Source: an uncultured Mycoplasmatota bacterium (GTDB lineage Bacteria; Bacillota_I; Bacilli_A; RF39; UBA660). Taken from it: a stretch of DNA of 64,000 nucleotides. The notes under the pieces are model-generated. The model saw only the letters and a list, made by a program, of their open reading frames with translations, had not been told where the DNA came from and did no database searches. The DNA lies in NCBI GenBank assembly GCA_900549285.1, contig URNW01000003.1:7975-71974 (forward strand), in the 5' to 3' direction. Below are positions 18,801 through 27,222 of the stretch, one piece after another. Both the position numbers and the translations under genes were made by a program. The number at the start of each line of letters is the position of its first letter. Position 1 is the first letter of the stretch.

Positions 18801-18933
18801 CAATTCCCTCTTTAACTTTTCTTTTTACTCTCTCAGAAAGAACAGCTGTCTTTCCTGAACCTGCTCCTGCTGAAATAATAAGATTTGTTCCTTCTTCATT
18901 AATTGCCAGCAATTGTTCCTTCGTCCAATTCAT
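15859..18933 (-). CDS. addA: ATP-dependent helicase/nuclease subunit A (AddA/RexA)
   Basis: UvrD-type motifs GAGSGKT, IDEYQDT, VGDIKQSIYRFRNA, LLENFRSR, HKSKGLEF. C-terminal RecB nuclease motif GIIDLM...IIDYKL. Start at MNWTKEQL. Confidence 0.9.
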   Translation of the reverse strand: MNWTKEQLLAINEEGTNLIISAGAGSGKTAVLSERVKRKVKEGIDIRRILILTFTNEAAGEMKERIRKKLQKENLEESLSFLDSAYITTFDAYAFSLVKKYHYLFDLSSNISIIDSSIINLEKKRILDDIVMDLYEKKDSNYLKLVRDFTDRDDEFIRKYILNISNALDLRYDKKQYLTTYLEKFYSENYVNQIFDEYFEYLKNLVDLIENYFYLLESFLTEKVYQKCYEVLKPIFKPRNYADLHHYQVKLPTIREIDPEGLEIKEELKKLVKELNDLTIYSEEELKNQIFSTKDYVLAIIDIILKLDDRIQEYKKEKNAFEFIDISKMAISIVKEYPDIRDEIKFFYQEIMIDEYQDTNDLQEMFVSEIENHNVYMVGDIKQSIYRFRNANPNIFRDKYDSYKEHICGEKIDLLENFRSRREVLHNINEIFNLIMIPELGGIDFQDHHAMIYGNKVYEEKGHNEENHNLEILQYDNLEKKYTNAEIEAFTIAHDIEEKVKNHYPVYDFDLGKNRDILYQDFCIILDRGKEMTRYKKIFEMFHIPMEIYQDSNLTDKEDILIIKNIIGLILDIKKQEYNKSMRYHFVSIARSYIGNMSDEKIFLALENNTFYEENIYKIAQEIAKNLDFMTPNILLQEIIFRYQFYQQLILVGNIKDAMIRLDYLLDLANSMEMLGFTILDLEEYLNQMIESGMEIRYKEGKSSGNSVKIMNIHKSKGLEFPVCYFAGFRETFNLKDLQSRFMYDSTYGILTPFYKDGIGTLFTKVLIKNKYLEEEIAEKIRLFYVALTRAKEKMIMVVPKFQKENLIKNKIDYLVGIQYRSFYDFLSSISLNLKDYVKVVDLNTLHLSKDYLLKVNKVMQNVDSDGVINFDEIPIDSKVVEKNHASKNILKLITKEEANTLSYGTKIHEMLEQTDFKQVENPNIYVKNLLDTFSFKDADIYQELEFFFMKDNQEYHGIIDLMLEYDDEIKIIDYKLKNIEDDAYVKQLSVYYEYVKSVSDKKISLYLYSIMDHKVKEVEAINL

Positions 18934-21244
18934 CTTCTTCACCTCCAAGTATAACTTCATTCTTTTTTTGCTTAAAGCATAAATCTTTAAACTTACAATA
19001 AGTGCAAGCTACATTCTTTTGATCTACAACTTTTGGATTAATTTCAAATTCACCATTCAAAATATGATCAATTACCTTCTCAATAATTTGATCTACTTGA
19101 ATTAAAAGCTCATCCATTTCTTCATTTGATAAAACCTTTGAAGTAGAACTAAGCGATCCATCTTTTTTAAATTTCAAATTTTGAATAATTTTACTATCTT
19201 GATATTCATCATCTATAAGTTCCATCATCCTCTCATCTGCATTAGTAAATCCTTGTAAACGTAAGCGATCCTCTAGTAATTCTTGCACGCTTTTTTTAAA
19301 CTGTATAGCCTCTTTTTTAGCTAAAACTTTTTGAATATAAAACCCAGCTATAAAAGCCTTACAAAATCGATCAGATTTTTTTAAAAGATATAAATAAATA
19401 GGTAATTGAATATGAAGCCCATATTCTAAATCTTTTAAAGTAATATTAGTATTACCTGTTTTATAATCTACTACAGCTAATATTTCCTGATCTAAAAACT
19501 GATCATACATTACTTTATCAATATTACCTTTAAAAGTAATATCTATATCTTTTCTATCTTTATAAACAAAAAACTCTTGTTCAAATAAATAATGTTTTAG
19601 CTTAGAATGACTTTGTTGAACACGGATAACCTCTAATATCTTCGTTAATTCTTTGCCCAATTCTTCTAAATAAAACATTTCCTTAGCATTTAAAACATAC
19701 TCTTTTTCTTTTATAAATTTCATTATTTCTACAGGAATATCAATATCTTTTAATATGCCAAGTTCTAATATATGATGCATAATACTCCCAACTATTGTTT
19801 TAAAGTTTTCTAAAAAAATATCTAAATGTAAAATTTTACTAATATAATAACGAAAAGCACATTCTTGATACATTTCTAAGTTAGTATAAGATAAAACAAA
19901 CGGCTTTTCTATCTTATTCAAAATTAAATTCTTTGAAATACCTGTAAATTGATTATCATATTCTTGATAAGGAATCTCTATACTATTTTGAAATATTCCC
20001 AAATTATCATGAACAATATTAAACTTATATAAATCATCTAAAGCTTCTGCATATTTAATTTCACTATAAAGTCTTGAATAGGAAACAGTATTAAGAAGAA
20101 AAACAGGTTTTACTTCTACTCCTAATTCTTTAACTAAAACAGAAGGATAAAAGACTCCACTAGAACTTCTAAGTTTATAAGTAATTACTAAATTTTTAAT
20201 ATGATGAATAGATTCTAAAAGAATAGTACTTTGATAATGATTATAATCCATAGAAGTATCAAGTCCTAAGGCATCTTTAATTTCATCAGATAAATAATCA
20301 GTATCTCTCTTAACTTTTGGATATTCATTAATATTAAACCCAAGCATAAAAACATAATCTTCTAAATCAAAAAAAGTACCTAAATTTACCTTTGTAACTG
20401 CATCTTCATATGCGGATTCTTGTATTTTTGTATTTTTAAGATCTTCAATAATAAAAGATTTTCTTTCTATCTTATCATCAATCAAAACCGAACGATTAAT
20501 AATCCGCACTAAGTCACTAACGTTTTGATATTTTTCACTTAAATGCAAAATATTTTCTTCAATAGATAACTGATCATAATTTTCTAAAAATTCTTGAGCA
20601 AGCATAGTACCATAATAAGAGTGTTGATTTTCTTTATTAAAAGGAAGATGAAAAATAGAAAAATATCGCATTAAAATATTATCATAATAAGAAGAAGCTA
20701 TGATTTTAATATGAGACAAAGAAATTCCTTTTCTAATTAACTTCATAATTTCTTGTACTACAAATTCTACTTCTTCTTCTAAAGTAGATGCTTCAAATAT
20801 AGATGGCGTAAAAGTATTAGTAGAATTTTGATAAACAATGGGAACATTCAATTTTTTTAAAATCATATTTTCTTCTTTACTAAGAACTGGAAAACCATAA
20901 ACAACAACTTTTTTATTTTGAAAAAAATGGACAAATTGAGAATGATAAATAAGTAAATGATTAGAATCCAGATCTTTTTTCAGCTGATTTAAAAATTTTA
21001 CTTTACCATAATTTAAATCTTTTAAAAAATATAAATGTTCTAAATAAACTTTTGCAACAGAAACACTGACATGATAATTTCTAACAACATATAGTATTGC
21101 TTGTTCATCATAATCAAAAAATAAATTTCGTTTCAAATCTTGAAAAGTAAAGAACTTTATATTAGTAAATAGATGATTTCTGCTATTCTCTCTTAAAATT
21201 TCTTTTTTATTTTCTTCTGTTGTAATAACAATTGTCTGTTCCAT
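18899..21244 (-). CDS. addB: Helicase/nuclease subunit B (AddB/RexB), compact form
   Basis: Lies upstream of and overlaps addA. C-terminal nuclease motif VVDYKTG plus Cys ligands (ECAFRYY ... CTYCKFKDLC), consistent with the AddB Fe-S/nuclease domain. No clear Walker A at the N-terminus. Confidence 0.8.
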   Translation of the reverse strand: MEQTIVITTEENKKEILRENSRNHLFTNIKFFTFQDLKRNLFFDYDEQAILYVVRNYHVSVSVAKVYLEHLYFLKDLNYGKVKFLNQLKKDLDSNHLLIYHSQFVHFFQNKKVVVYGFPVLSKEENMILKKLNVPIVYQNSTNTFTPSIFEASTLEEEVEFVVQEIMKLIRKGISLSHIKIIASSYYDNILMRYFSIFHLPFNKENQHSYYGTMLAQEFLENYDQLSIEENILHLSEKYQNVSDLVRIINRSVLIDDKIERKSFIIEDLKNTKIQESAYEDAVTKVNLGTFFDLEDYVFMLGFNINEYPKVKRDTDYLSDEIKDALGLDTSMDYNHYQSTILLESIHHIKNLVITYKLRSSSGVFYPSVLVKELGVEVKPVFLLNTVSYSRLYSEIKYAEALDDLYKFNIVHDNLGIFQNSIEIPYQEYDNQFTGISKNLILNKIEKPFVLSYTNLEMYQECAFRYYISKILHLDIFLENFKTIVGSIMHHILELGILKDIDIPVEIMKFIKEKEYVLNAKEMFYLEELGKELTKILEVIRVQQSHSKLKHYLFEQEFFVYKDRKDIDITFKGNIDKVMYDQFLDQEILAVVDYKTGNTNITLKDLEYGLHIQLPIYLYLLKKSDRFCKAFIAGFYIQKVLAKKEAIQFKKSVQELLEDRLRLQGFTNADERMMELIDDEYQDSKIIQNLKFKKDGSLSSTSKVLSNEEMDELLIQVDQIIEKVIDHILNGEFEINPKVVDQKNVACTYCKFKDLCFKQKKNEVILGGEEDELDEGTIAGN

Positions 21245-21265
21245 TTTAATCACTACTCCTAAATT

Positions 21266-21294
21266 ATCTTACCATTTATTAAAAAAATTTACAA
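21266..21294 (-). promoter_or_regulatory. Candidate promoter of the addB operon
   Basis: Minus strand reads TTGTAA, 17 nt, TAAGAT, about 20 nt upstream of the AGGAG SD. Confidence 0.4.
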
Positions 21295-21337
21295 TGGTAG
21301 ATTCTAGAATTTTTCTTAAAAAAAATGAATAAAACTG

Positions 21338-21366
21338 TTGACAATTAGCATAATATTTACTATAAT
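21338..21366 (+). promoter_or_regulatory. Consensus sigma-A promoter of tRNA-Asn
   Basis: Perfect TTGACA, 17 nt, TATAAT, 11 nt before the tRNA 5' end. Confidence 0.75.
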
Positions 21367-21377
21367 TTAGTAGTACT

Positions 21378-21453
21378 GCTCGTTTAGCTCAGTCGGTAGA
21401 GCGCACGGCTGTTAACCGTTAGGTCGTAGGTTCGAGTCCTACAACGAGCGCCA
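21378..21453 (+). tRNA. tRNA-Asn (anticodon GTT) with encoded CCA
   Basis: Cloverleaf read by hand: acceptor GCTCGTT/AACGAGC, D arm TAGCTCAGTCGGTAGAGC, anticodon loop CTGTTAA, T arm GTAGGTTCGAGTCCTAC, discriminator G, CCA. Confidence 0.95.
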
Positions 21454-21464
21454 TTTGAAAATTA

Positions 21465-21495
21465 AATCACAATTTTATAATTGTGATTTTTTTTA
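21465..21495 (+). terminator. Rho-independent terminator of tRNA-Asn
   Basis: AATCACAATT-TTAT-AATTGTGATT followed by T7. Confidence 0.75.
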
Positions 21496-21668
21496 TACTT
21501 CAAATTTTTTCAATGAAAAAAGAAACTTATTTAGTTTCTCTTAATAATTTAACTATATTTTTGCCATAATAAATTTTAGTTACTTAACTCATTATTTCTA
21601 TCTCATATTGCTTCCTTACTTGCCAAAATCATTAATATGGTATAATAGTTTATTTTTTAAAAGAAAAA

Positions 21669-22419
21669 TTACTCATTTTCTTTTAAATTATTAATTGTTT
21701 CTATAGTTAAACCACTAATTTCCACAATTTCATTAATGGCATATCCTTTTTTTAACATACTTTTTGCTATTTCCTTTTTACCTTGCTCAACTCCAAGTTC
21801 ATATCCTTTATCTTCTGCTATCTCTAAATCTCATTTATTTAATTCTTCTTGAGTTTTATCATCTGCTACATATTTGTGTATCCATTCATTTAATTTCACT
21901 AATAACTCATCTCCTCTGGCTATACTAGATCTTTCATTATTGCTTTTTGCCGCTATAAACTTTAGCCATCTTTCTAATTCATTATTAGTATAGCCTAACT
22001 CTCTTGCTTTGTCAATTTGCACAACTTTGACACAAAACTTATCCACTAATATTTTAATATTATGATTTTTCTCACTTGTTAAGTAAAAATTAGTAATTAA
22101 TTTCTAATTTACTTGCTTGTATCCTCATGACATAATATAAACTTTTATCTAATGAATTCATATTAAAATTAGTATATGCTTCTATATTAACGGTTGTATC
22201 ATCAAACTCTACTATAATATCTCCTCTTACATTCTTTTCGCGCACATTCCCCTTTTTAAGAGGACTTTCATAATGAACCTCTAATTTATCTTTTAAATAT
22301 CCCGAAGGATATTCTAAAATTAATTCTAATAATTTTTCTAATTGGCGACGATTATCTTTATCAGCAAAAGTTTCTTTAAAAATTAAATCATGCATTAATG
22401 TGTCGTTATTTCTGTACAT
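21669..22419 (-). pseudogene. Rpn-family (PD-(D/E)XK nuclease / transposase-like) gene disrupted by a frameshift and a nonsense codon
   Basis: Three collinear fragments: MYRNNDTLMHDLIFKETFADKDNRRQL...GDIIVEFDD..NIEAY; then a +1 frame ..ITNFYLTSEKNHNIKILVDKFCVKVVQIDKAREL...ELNK; then an in-frame TGA and DLEIAEDKGYELGVEQGKKEIAKSML... The TGA aligns with the TGG (Trp) of the copy at 33.6 kb. Confidence 0.75.
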
Positions 22420-22631
22420 AGAATACCTCCTTTCAACAGGTGCAATATAACATAAAAGAAAGAGAGAAGCAAATTGCCAATTTAATATAATTCTTAAATC
22501 AAATTGATAAGTTTTACTAGAAAAATCGATATATTTCATATATCAAATCAATATAATTAGTAAAATTTTATTTTTTAATAATTTAATATGGTCCCTCCTA
22601 ATTAAAGAAATCTAAAGTTACATATTTTCAT

Positions 22632-22657
22632 AAAAAAAGAATGACTTCCGTCATCCT
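22632..22657 (-). terminator. Rho-independent terminator ending the Tad-like locus
   Basis: Minus strand reads GGATGAC-GGAA-GTCATTC followed by T8. Confidence 0.65.
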
Positions 22658-22678
22658 TACACAACAATAAATTGTTAA

Positions 22679-23026
22679 TTAATCTGCATTATCCGTATTA
22701 CATTTACTTGGATTGGTGATACACGTAGCACAAACCTCATATTCACCCTCAACTTCAGAAAAGTCATCAACAATTCTAAAAATAGCACCAATTATTGTTG
22801 GAACAAAGAAAATAATAACTCCAGCAATTGCTCTCATAACTAAAGACTTAACAGAATTCTTTATTTCATCATCTTTACTTGCTACAACCGCTTTTCCTAA
22901 ATCTATCATACCAAATATAATGATTACAATTGGAATTACAATTTTAAAAATCCATAAAACCCAACCAATTACTTGCCAAATTTCTGCTAAATCAGTACAA
23001 ATTGAAGGCTTTGCCATAATTAACAT
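22679..23026 (-). CDS. 115-aa two-TM protein with an acidic, Cys-containing C-terminal tail; candidate structural subunit of the locus
   Basis: Two hydrophobic helices and the tail EVEGEYEVCATCITNPSKCNTDNAD. Has its own consensus promoter and an AGGA SD. No Flp (G/xxxxEY) or class III signal motif. Confidence 0.6.
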   Translation of the reverse strand: MLIMAKPSICTDLAEIWQVIGWVLWIFKIVIPIVIIIFGMIDLGKAVVASKDDEIKNSVKSLVMRAIAGVIIFFVPTIIGAIFRIVDDFSEVEGEYEVCATCITNPSKCNTDNAD

Positions 23027-23056
23027 ACAAATTCCTCGCTTTCTAAATCTATATTA

Positions 23057-23085
23057 ATTTTAACTTAACTTATGTATATTGTCAA
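23057..23085 (-). promoter_or_regulatory. Internal consensus promoter in front of the 115-aa gene
   Basis: Minus strand reads TTGACA, 17 nt, TAAAAT, inside the 89-nt gap after the TadC-like gene. Confidence 0.6.
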
Positions 23086-23115
23086 GTTTTTAAGTCTTTT
23101 TCTGTAAAATTTTGT

Positions 23116-23904
23116 CTAAATATTCATTAACAATAATACCGCAAAGATAAGAAGAACCATAACGCCTAAACCAGTTGTAATAAGCATACTCATAGTTTTT
23201 CCTTCCATCTTATCCAAACGATTTTTATATTTTGTTTCTCTTGCTTTTTGTTGTAAATTAGAGATTGTCTTTGAAAAAGCAAGCAATTGCTCCTGTTTTC
23301 TCTCTTGTCTACCTAAACTCAAACGATAAAGTAAACGCATCATTCTCATAGAATCACGAACTGGATATTTTCTAGCAAATTCCATATAAGGTTCAATTGT
23401 ATCATCACCAGCATTAATAGCATTAATAAGCTCTTTTAACCCATCTTTAAAAATATCAGGAGCATCTTCTAAAGATTTACCTATAGCAACAGGGACCGTA
23501 TAGTGTTGAATCAATATCTCAAGTCCCTTTAAATAATAAGGTAACATTGTATCAATTTCATGTAAGTGCCTCTTATAATAATTTTTTAAATTAATATAAT
23601 CTAACTTAAAGAAAGCAAACCCCACAACAACACAAACTAAAGCATAAACATAAGACATATTAGATATCAGTAAACAAAAAACTAAAACGGTTACAATTAA
23701 AGTATTTCGAATTCTTTTATTAAAAAGTAAATCTGGATTTACTGAATCACCATATTTAGCTTTTACATAAAAATCCCAATCACTCTCTTTTAATCTCCTT
23801 AAATACATTTCATTATCAGCAACAAGTTTATTAATACTAATCTTACCACTATAAGTAAGAATAAAGAAAATAATGACAGCTATAACAGCAATTTCTATTT
23901 GCAT
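23116..23904 (-). CDS. T2SSF-like platform protein (TadC-like)
   Basis: 262 aa. TM helices flank a cytoplasmic helical domain (YLKGLEILIQHYTVPVAIGKSLEDAP..F...L..), with a C-terminal TM helix. Sits directly after a second T2SSF-like gene and the ATPase. Confidence 0.55.
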   Translation of the reverse strand: MQIEIAVIAVIIFFILTYSGKISINKLVADNEMYLRRLKESDWDFYVKAKYGDSVNPDLLFNKRIRNTLIVTVLVFCLLISNMSYVYALVCVVVGFAFFKLDYINLKNYYKRHLHEIDTMLPYYLKGLEILIQHYTVPVAIGKSLEDAPDIFKDGLKELINAINAGDDTIEPYMEFARKYPVRDSMRMMRLLYRLSLGRQERKQEQLLAFSKTISNLQQKARETKYKNRLDKMEGKTMSMLITTGLGVMVLLIFAVLLLMNI

Positions 23905-23905
23905 A

Positions 23906-24802
23906 CTACTCTACCCCCACATTATCATTATAATATTTTTCACCACTAAGCAAAAAATAACAATTAATAATTATAATAGCGTGCAAAACAATATGGACAT
24001 ACCACAAATCCAAAAGCTGCAAATAACTTTCTTTACCAAGTAATACCTGCATAACTAATACTAATAAAAAGAGTACTAAAGCAAAGGTAATAAACTTTGT
24101 ATGAAATTGTTTACGATCCATTTGATCACGATAAACGCCCTCAACTAAAGCATCAATATCCATACTCATATTTTCTAAAGCTTCGCCAGAATCTTTAGCT
24201 CCCTCTTTAGTAATTTGTAGGAAAAGTTGATGCATATTTTTAACCATATAATAAGGATATTTTTGATTAAAATATTCTACCGATTCATCTACTGTACCAT
24301 TTTGATAAGACATATTAATCATTATTTTAACATCTTCTAACACAGGATCTTCCAAAATTCCTGAATCTCGAACTCCTTCTAATGATTTTACAAAACTTTG
24401 AGTCGTATTAAATTCCATAATAACATTTGTAGTATATATTTGAATTTGTTCAAATATATACTCACTATAAAGTCTTTTACTTCTTAAAAAGGCTAAATAT
24501 GGAATAAAAGCAATCGCAATCGCAGTATAAATAATAAGAACAATTAAGCTATAAAAATATAAATAAGCAATCGCAGCAGCTAATCCACCAATAACAACAA
24601 TCTGTAAAGCATAATCTTTTACAGTATATTCTTGCTTTAATTCCTTCATTTTAGCACTAATAGTCCGATAACTATATGGAGCATATTTTTCATAAATTAA
24701 ACCAAATTGAGATTTAATAAACTTATAAAAGGTTTCAGTTCCATCATTTCTACGGTATATAATTATAAACATTGCAATAAGAAATATAATAACAAATTCC
24801 AT
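23906..24802 (-). CDS. T2SSF-like platform protein (TadB-like)
   Basis: 298 aa with the same TM-helical domain-TM architecture, 14 nt downstream of the ATPase gene. Confidence 0.55.
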   Translation of the reverse strand: MEFVIIFLIAMFIIIYRRNDGTETFYKFIKSQFGLIYEKYAPYSYRTISAKMKELKQEYTVKDYALQIVVIGGLAAAIAYLYFYSLIVLIIYTAIAIAFIPYLAFLRSKRLYSEYIFEQIQIYTTNVIMEFNTTQSFVKSLEGVRDSGILEDPVLEDVKIMINMSYQNGTVDESVEYFNQKYPYYMVKNMHQLFLQITKEGAKDSGEALENMSMDIDALVEGVYRDQMDRKQFHTKFITFALVLFLLVLVMQVLLGKESYLQLLDLWYVHIVLHAIIIINCYFLLSGEKYYNDNVGVE

Positions 24803-24816
24803 AGCATCCCCTCCTT

Positions 24817-25905
24817 TTATAATGTTTCAATAGCATCTTGGTTTTGAGCATTTAAATGAAACAAATCTTCATCTAGAATAACTCCCTGAATTGCTAAATA
24901 ACTTCTCAAATATTTAGTTGGATTATTTAAAGTAAAATTACCATCTAATGTTTTTTGATAAATTGTATTAACTTGGGGTTTATTATTATCATCAACATAA
25001 AATTCACAAATTTCCATAATTTCTCTTTGAAAACGTCCCAACTTTGCACTCATATATCCTTTAACATATATACCAATCTGTACATATCTATGAATAGTAG
25101 TAACAAACTGTTCTACATCAATATTAGATTCAATTAAACTATACATACGCATTGGAATCAAAGCAGCTTTATCGGAGTGAATAGTAGATATAATATGATG
25201 TCCAGAAGAAATAGAGTTACGTACAGCCATAACAGCCTCAGCACTACGAACCTCAGACAATAATATCCAAATAGGATTTTGTCTCATACAAGTAACTAAA
25301 ACATCAGAATAACTAGCAATGTTATTTGTTTTCATAGCAACAATATCTCTATGAGGAAAGATTCGATCTAAGTGTAACTCTAAAGTATCCTCTATTGTAA
25401 TAATTTTTTCATTCTCTTTTGTTGTACTTGCTAAATATTTAACTAGCTCTGTCTTACCACTACCAGTTTCACCACTAACAATAATATTAGCATGTCCTTG
25501 AACGCAATTAAGAAGAAAATCTAACAAATCAGCACTAACATATTCTTCATTCAACAATTTCTCACGATTAAGTCTAATTTTAGCTGGTGTTTTACGAATA
25601 ACCAAAGCAATTCCATTAGTAGCAATTGAATCATGAACGAAATTAAGACGCAACTCAGTTGATTCAGCATCTAAAAAAGGATGCGCCATATTGAATGTTT
25701 TTCCCATAACATTAGAACATTGGAAAGCTAATTTTTCAATTAAAGCATTATTGATTTCTGGTCTTTCTACTCGATAAACCCCTTTAGATAAGCTTTTCAA
25801 CCATAGCTGACCTCCATTAGTATATGAAATATCAGTTATATCATCAATATCAATAAATTCTTTTAATGGTCCAAAGTCTATTTGTGAGAATATAGCATCA
25901 TTCAT
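24817..25905 (-). CDS. Type II/IV secretion-family ATPase (CpaF/TadA/VirB11-like)
   Basis: Walker A VSGETGSGKTE, Asp box IITIEDTLEL, Walker B RQNPIWILLSEVR, His box GHHIISTIHS. N-terminal ITDISYTNGGQLW resembles the T2SSE N-domain. Confidence 0.85.
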   Translation of the reverse strand: MNDAIFSQIDFGPLKEFIDIDDITDISYTNGGQLWLKSLSKGVYRVERPEINNALIEKLAFQCSNVMGKTFNMAHPFLDAESTELRLNFVHDSIATNGIALVIRKTPAKIRLNREKLLNEEYVSADLLDFLLNCVQGHANIIVSGETGSGKTELVKYLASTTKENEKIITIEDTLELHLDRIFPHRDIVAMKTNNIASYSDVLVTCMRQNPIWILLSEVRSAEAVMAVRNSISSGHHIISTIHSDKAALIPMRMYSLIESNIDVEQFVTTIHRYVQIGIYVKGYMSAKLGRFQREIMEICEFYVDDNNKPQVNTIYQKTLDGNFTLNNPTKYLRSYLAIQGVILDEDLFHLNAQNQDAIETL

Positions 25906-25939
25906 ATAAGCACCTCCTTTTTATTTATTCTTTTTATCT

Positions 25940-26779
25940 TTATTCATTTGTATTTGTATTAGAATTATTATTGTCATTTACAGTACTAGATGTATTAGCA
26001 TCAGGAATTTCTTGAGCATAAGTTCTAATTAAATTTCTCAAATATTGACTAGAAACAGCCGTTTCACCAGGATTACTACTATAAGAAGCATTTCTTGGAA
26101 CTGGTATTAATTCAAGCCCACTAATATAATTAGCTACACTAAGTAATTGAAATAAATCATCAGGGACCGCAAACAATAATTCAGCTGGAGTAGCAACATC
26201 ACTAGTTAAGAATACACTAACTCCTTTATTATCACGAACATCTTTAATCTCAATACTTTCAATCAATTTTCCAAATACTATTTTACCATCTACTGTCATT
26301 TTTACATATAAATCAATATAATCTCCAGGGTACATTGAATTACCATATGTTGTATGAATATCAACAGCCATTGAAAATAAAGTATAACCATCAGGTATAT
26401 TTTTAGTTGGATCATTTGGTGCTGAACTACAAGAAACTACTTGCTCCTGATAAAAAAGAGCTCCAGATGGAACGCTAGTTCCATAAGTAACACACTTCGG
26501 ATCAGTAGTATTTACTATAGCAGACATATCCGTAATCACATTCTTATTATTAGAAATAAAATCTTTAAGAATGGGTTTTGTTGTAATCATTTCCTGAGTA
26601 ATCTCTGATGTAGCAGTAATTGTCTGTTTAGAAACAGGAACATTAACTGTTGAAATTGCTTGATCTACTCGGTAATTATAACCAACATATAAAACAACGA
26701 TTCCTAATAACACACCAAGTATTGTAATAGTATTTTTATTTGACAAAAAACGTTTAATTGTCGTTACTATATTTCCCAT
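25940..26779 (-). CDS. CpaB/RcpC-like (SAF-domain) pilus-assembly protein
   Basis: N-terminal TM helix. VPVSKQTITATSEITQEMI (SAF-like), PDGYTLFSMAVDIHTTYGNSMYPGDYIDLYV and LLFAVPDDLFQLLSVA parallel CpaB motifs. Asn/Ser/Thr-rich tail. Confidence 0.55.
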   Translation of the reverse strand: MGNIVTTIKRFLSNKNTITILGVLLGIVVLYVGYNYRVDQAISTVNVPVSKQTITATSEITQEMITTKPILKDFISNNKNVITDMSAIVNTTDPKCVTYGTSVPSGALFYQEQVVSCSSAPNDPTKNIPDGYTLFSMAVDIHTTYGNSMYPGDYIDLYVKMTVDGKIVFGKLIESIEIKDVRDNKGVSVFLTSDVATPAELLFAVPDDLFQLLSVANYISGLELIPVPRNASYSSNPGETAVSSQYLRNLIRTYAQEIPDANTSSTVNDNNNSNTNTNE

Positions 26780-26788
26780 TTTATCCTC

Positions 26789-27205
26789 CTAATTCTTATT
26801 GTATTCTTCAGCATGGATCTGAATAATAGCATCCACTCTAGAAATGGTATCATAACCATTAGCAGACACAAAATTAGCACCACTATTTGATTTAATTTCC
26901 ACACTTACTTTAGGTGGAGCCTCATATATAGCATAAAAATTAACTTCATAAGTATCATTAGTACCCATTGTTTCTGCAACTCTTCGAATAAATACTTCCA
27001 TAAATTTCTCTTTATCTATTTTAATCTCATTATAATCACGATAATAAGCATAATCAACTGAATCTAACATTGAAGCCTCAGCTATTTCTCTTATCGCATA
27101 ACTATCTTGGGTAGTGTTAGTTGTTATGCCCTGAACTGAGATCATAAGACCAACAATTGCAACACCCATAACAACTAACCAATATCCCCAATATGAACTT
27201 TGCAT
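26789..27205 (-). CDS. 138-aa protein with one N-terminal TM helix; possible minor-pilin/TadE-like role, not demonstrable
   Basis: AAGGGGAG SD. Hydrophobic N-terminus WGYWLVVMGVAIVGLMISV followed by a beta-rich domain. Occupies the position of pseudopilin genes, but no prepilin cleavage motif is present. Confidence 0.5.
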   Translation of the reverse strand: MQSSYWGYWLVVMGVAIVGLMISVQGITTNTTQDSYAIREIAEASMLDSVDYAYYRDYNEIKIDKEKFMEVFIRRVAETMGTNDTYEVNFYAIYEAPPKVSVEIKSNSGANFVSANGYDTISRVDAIIQIHAEEYNKN

Positions 27206-27222
27206 AACTTAACTCCCCTTTC

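Noticed and set aside
21514-21540. Hairpin AGAAACT...AGTTTCT, identical in stem sequence to the terminator hairpin at 6711..6733, considered as a possible dispersed repeat (REP/MITE-like).
   Set aside because: Only the 7-nt stems match; the loops and flanks differ. Both are adequately explained as independent minus-strand rho-independent terminators.
21620-21650. Plus-strand TTGCCA-15 nt-TGgTATAAT promoter-like element pointing into the antisense of the Rpn pseudogene.
   Set aside because: The spacer is short (15 nt) and no downstream plus-strand ORF or structured RNA is evident. Such hexamers arise easily by chance in sequence this AT-rich, so I left it unannotated.
21831-21836. In-frame TGA in the Rpn-like gene that aligns exactly with a Trp (TGG) codon of the second copy. 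This raised the possibility of a Mollicutes-type genetic code in which TGA encodes Trp.
   Set aside because: All long housekeeping ORFs in the window (addA, addB, lysS, ffh, rnj, the 1267-aa protein) are intact under the standard code, and their Trp residues are encoded by TGG. The same gene also carries a frameshift, so an ordinary TGG->TGA pseudogenising mutation explains it best.
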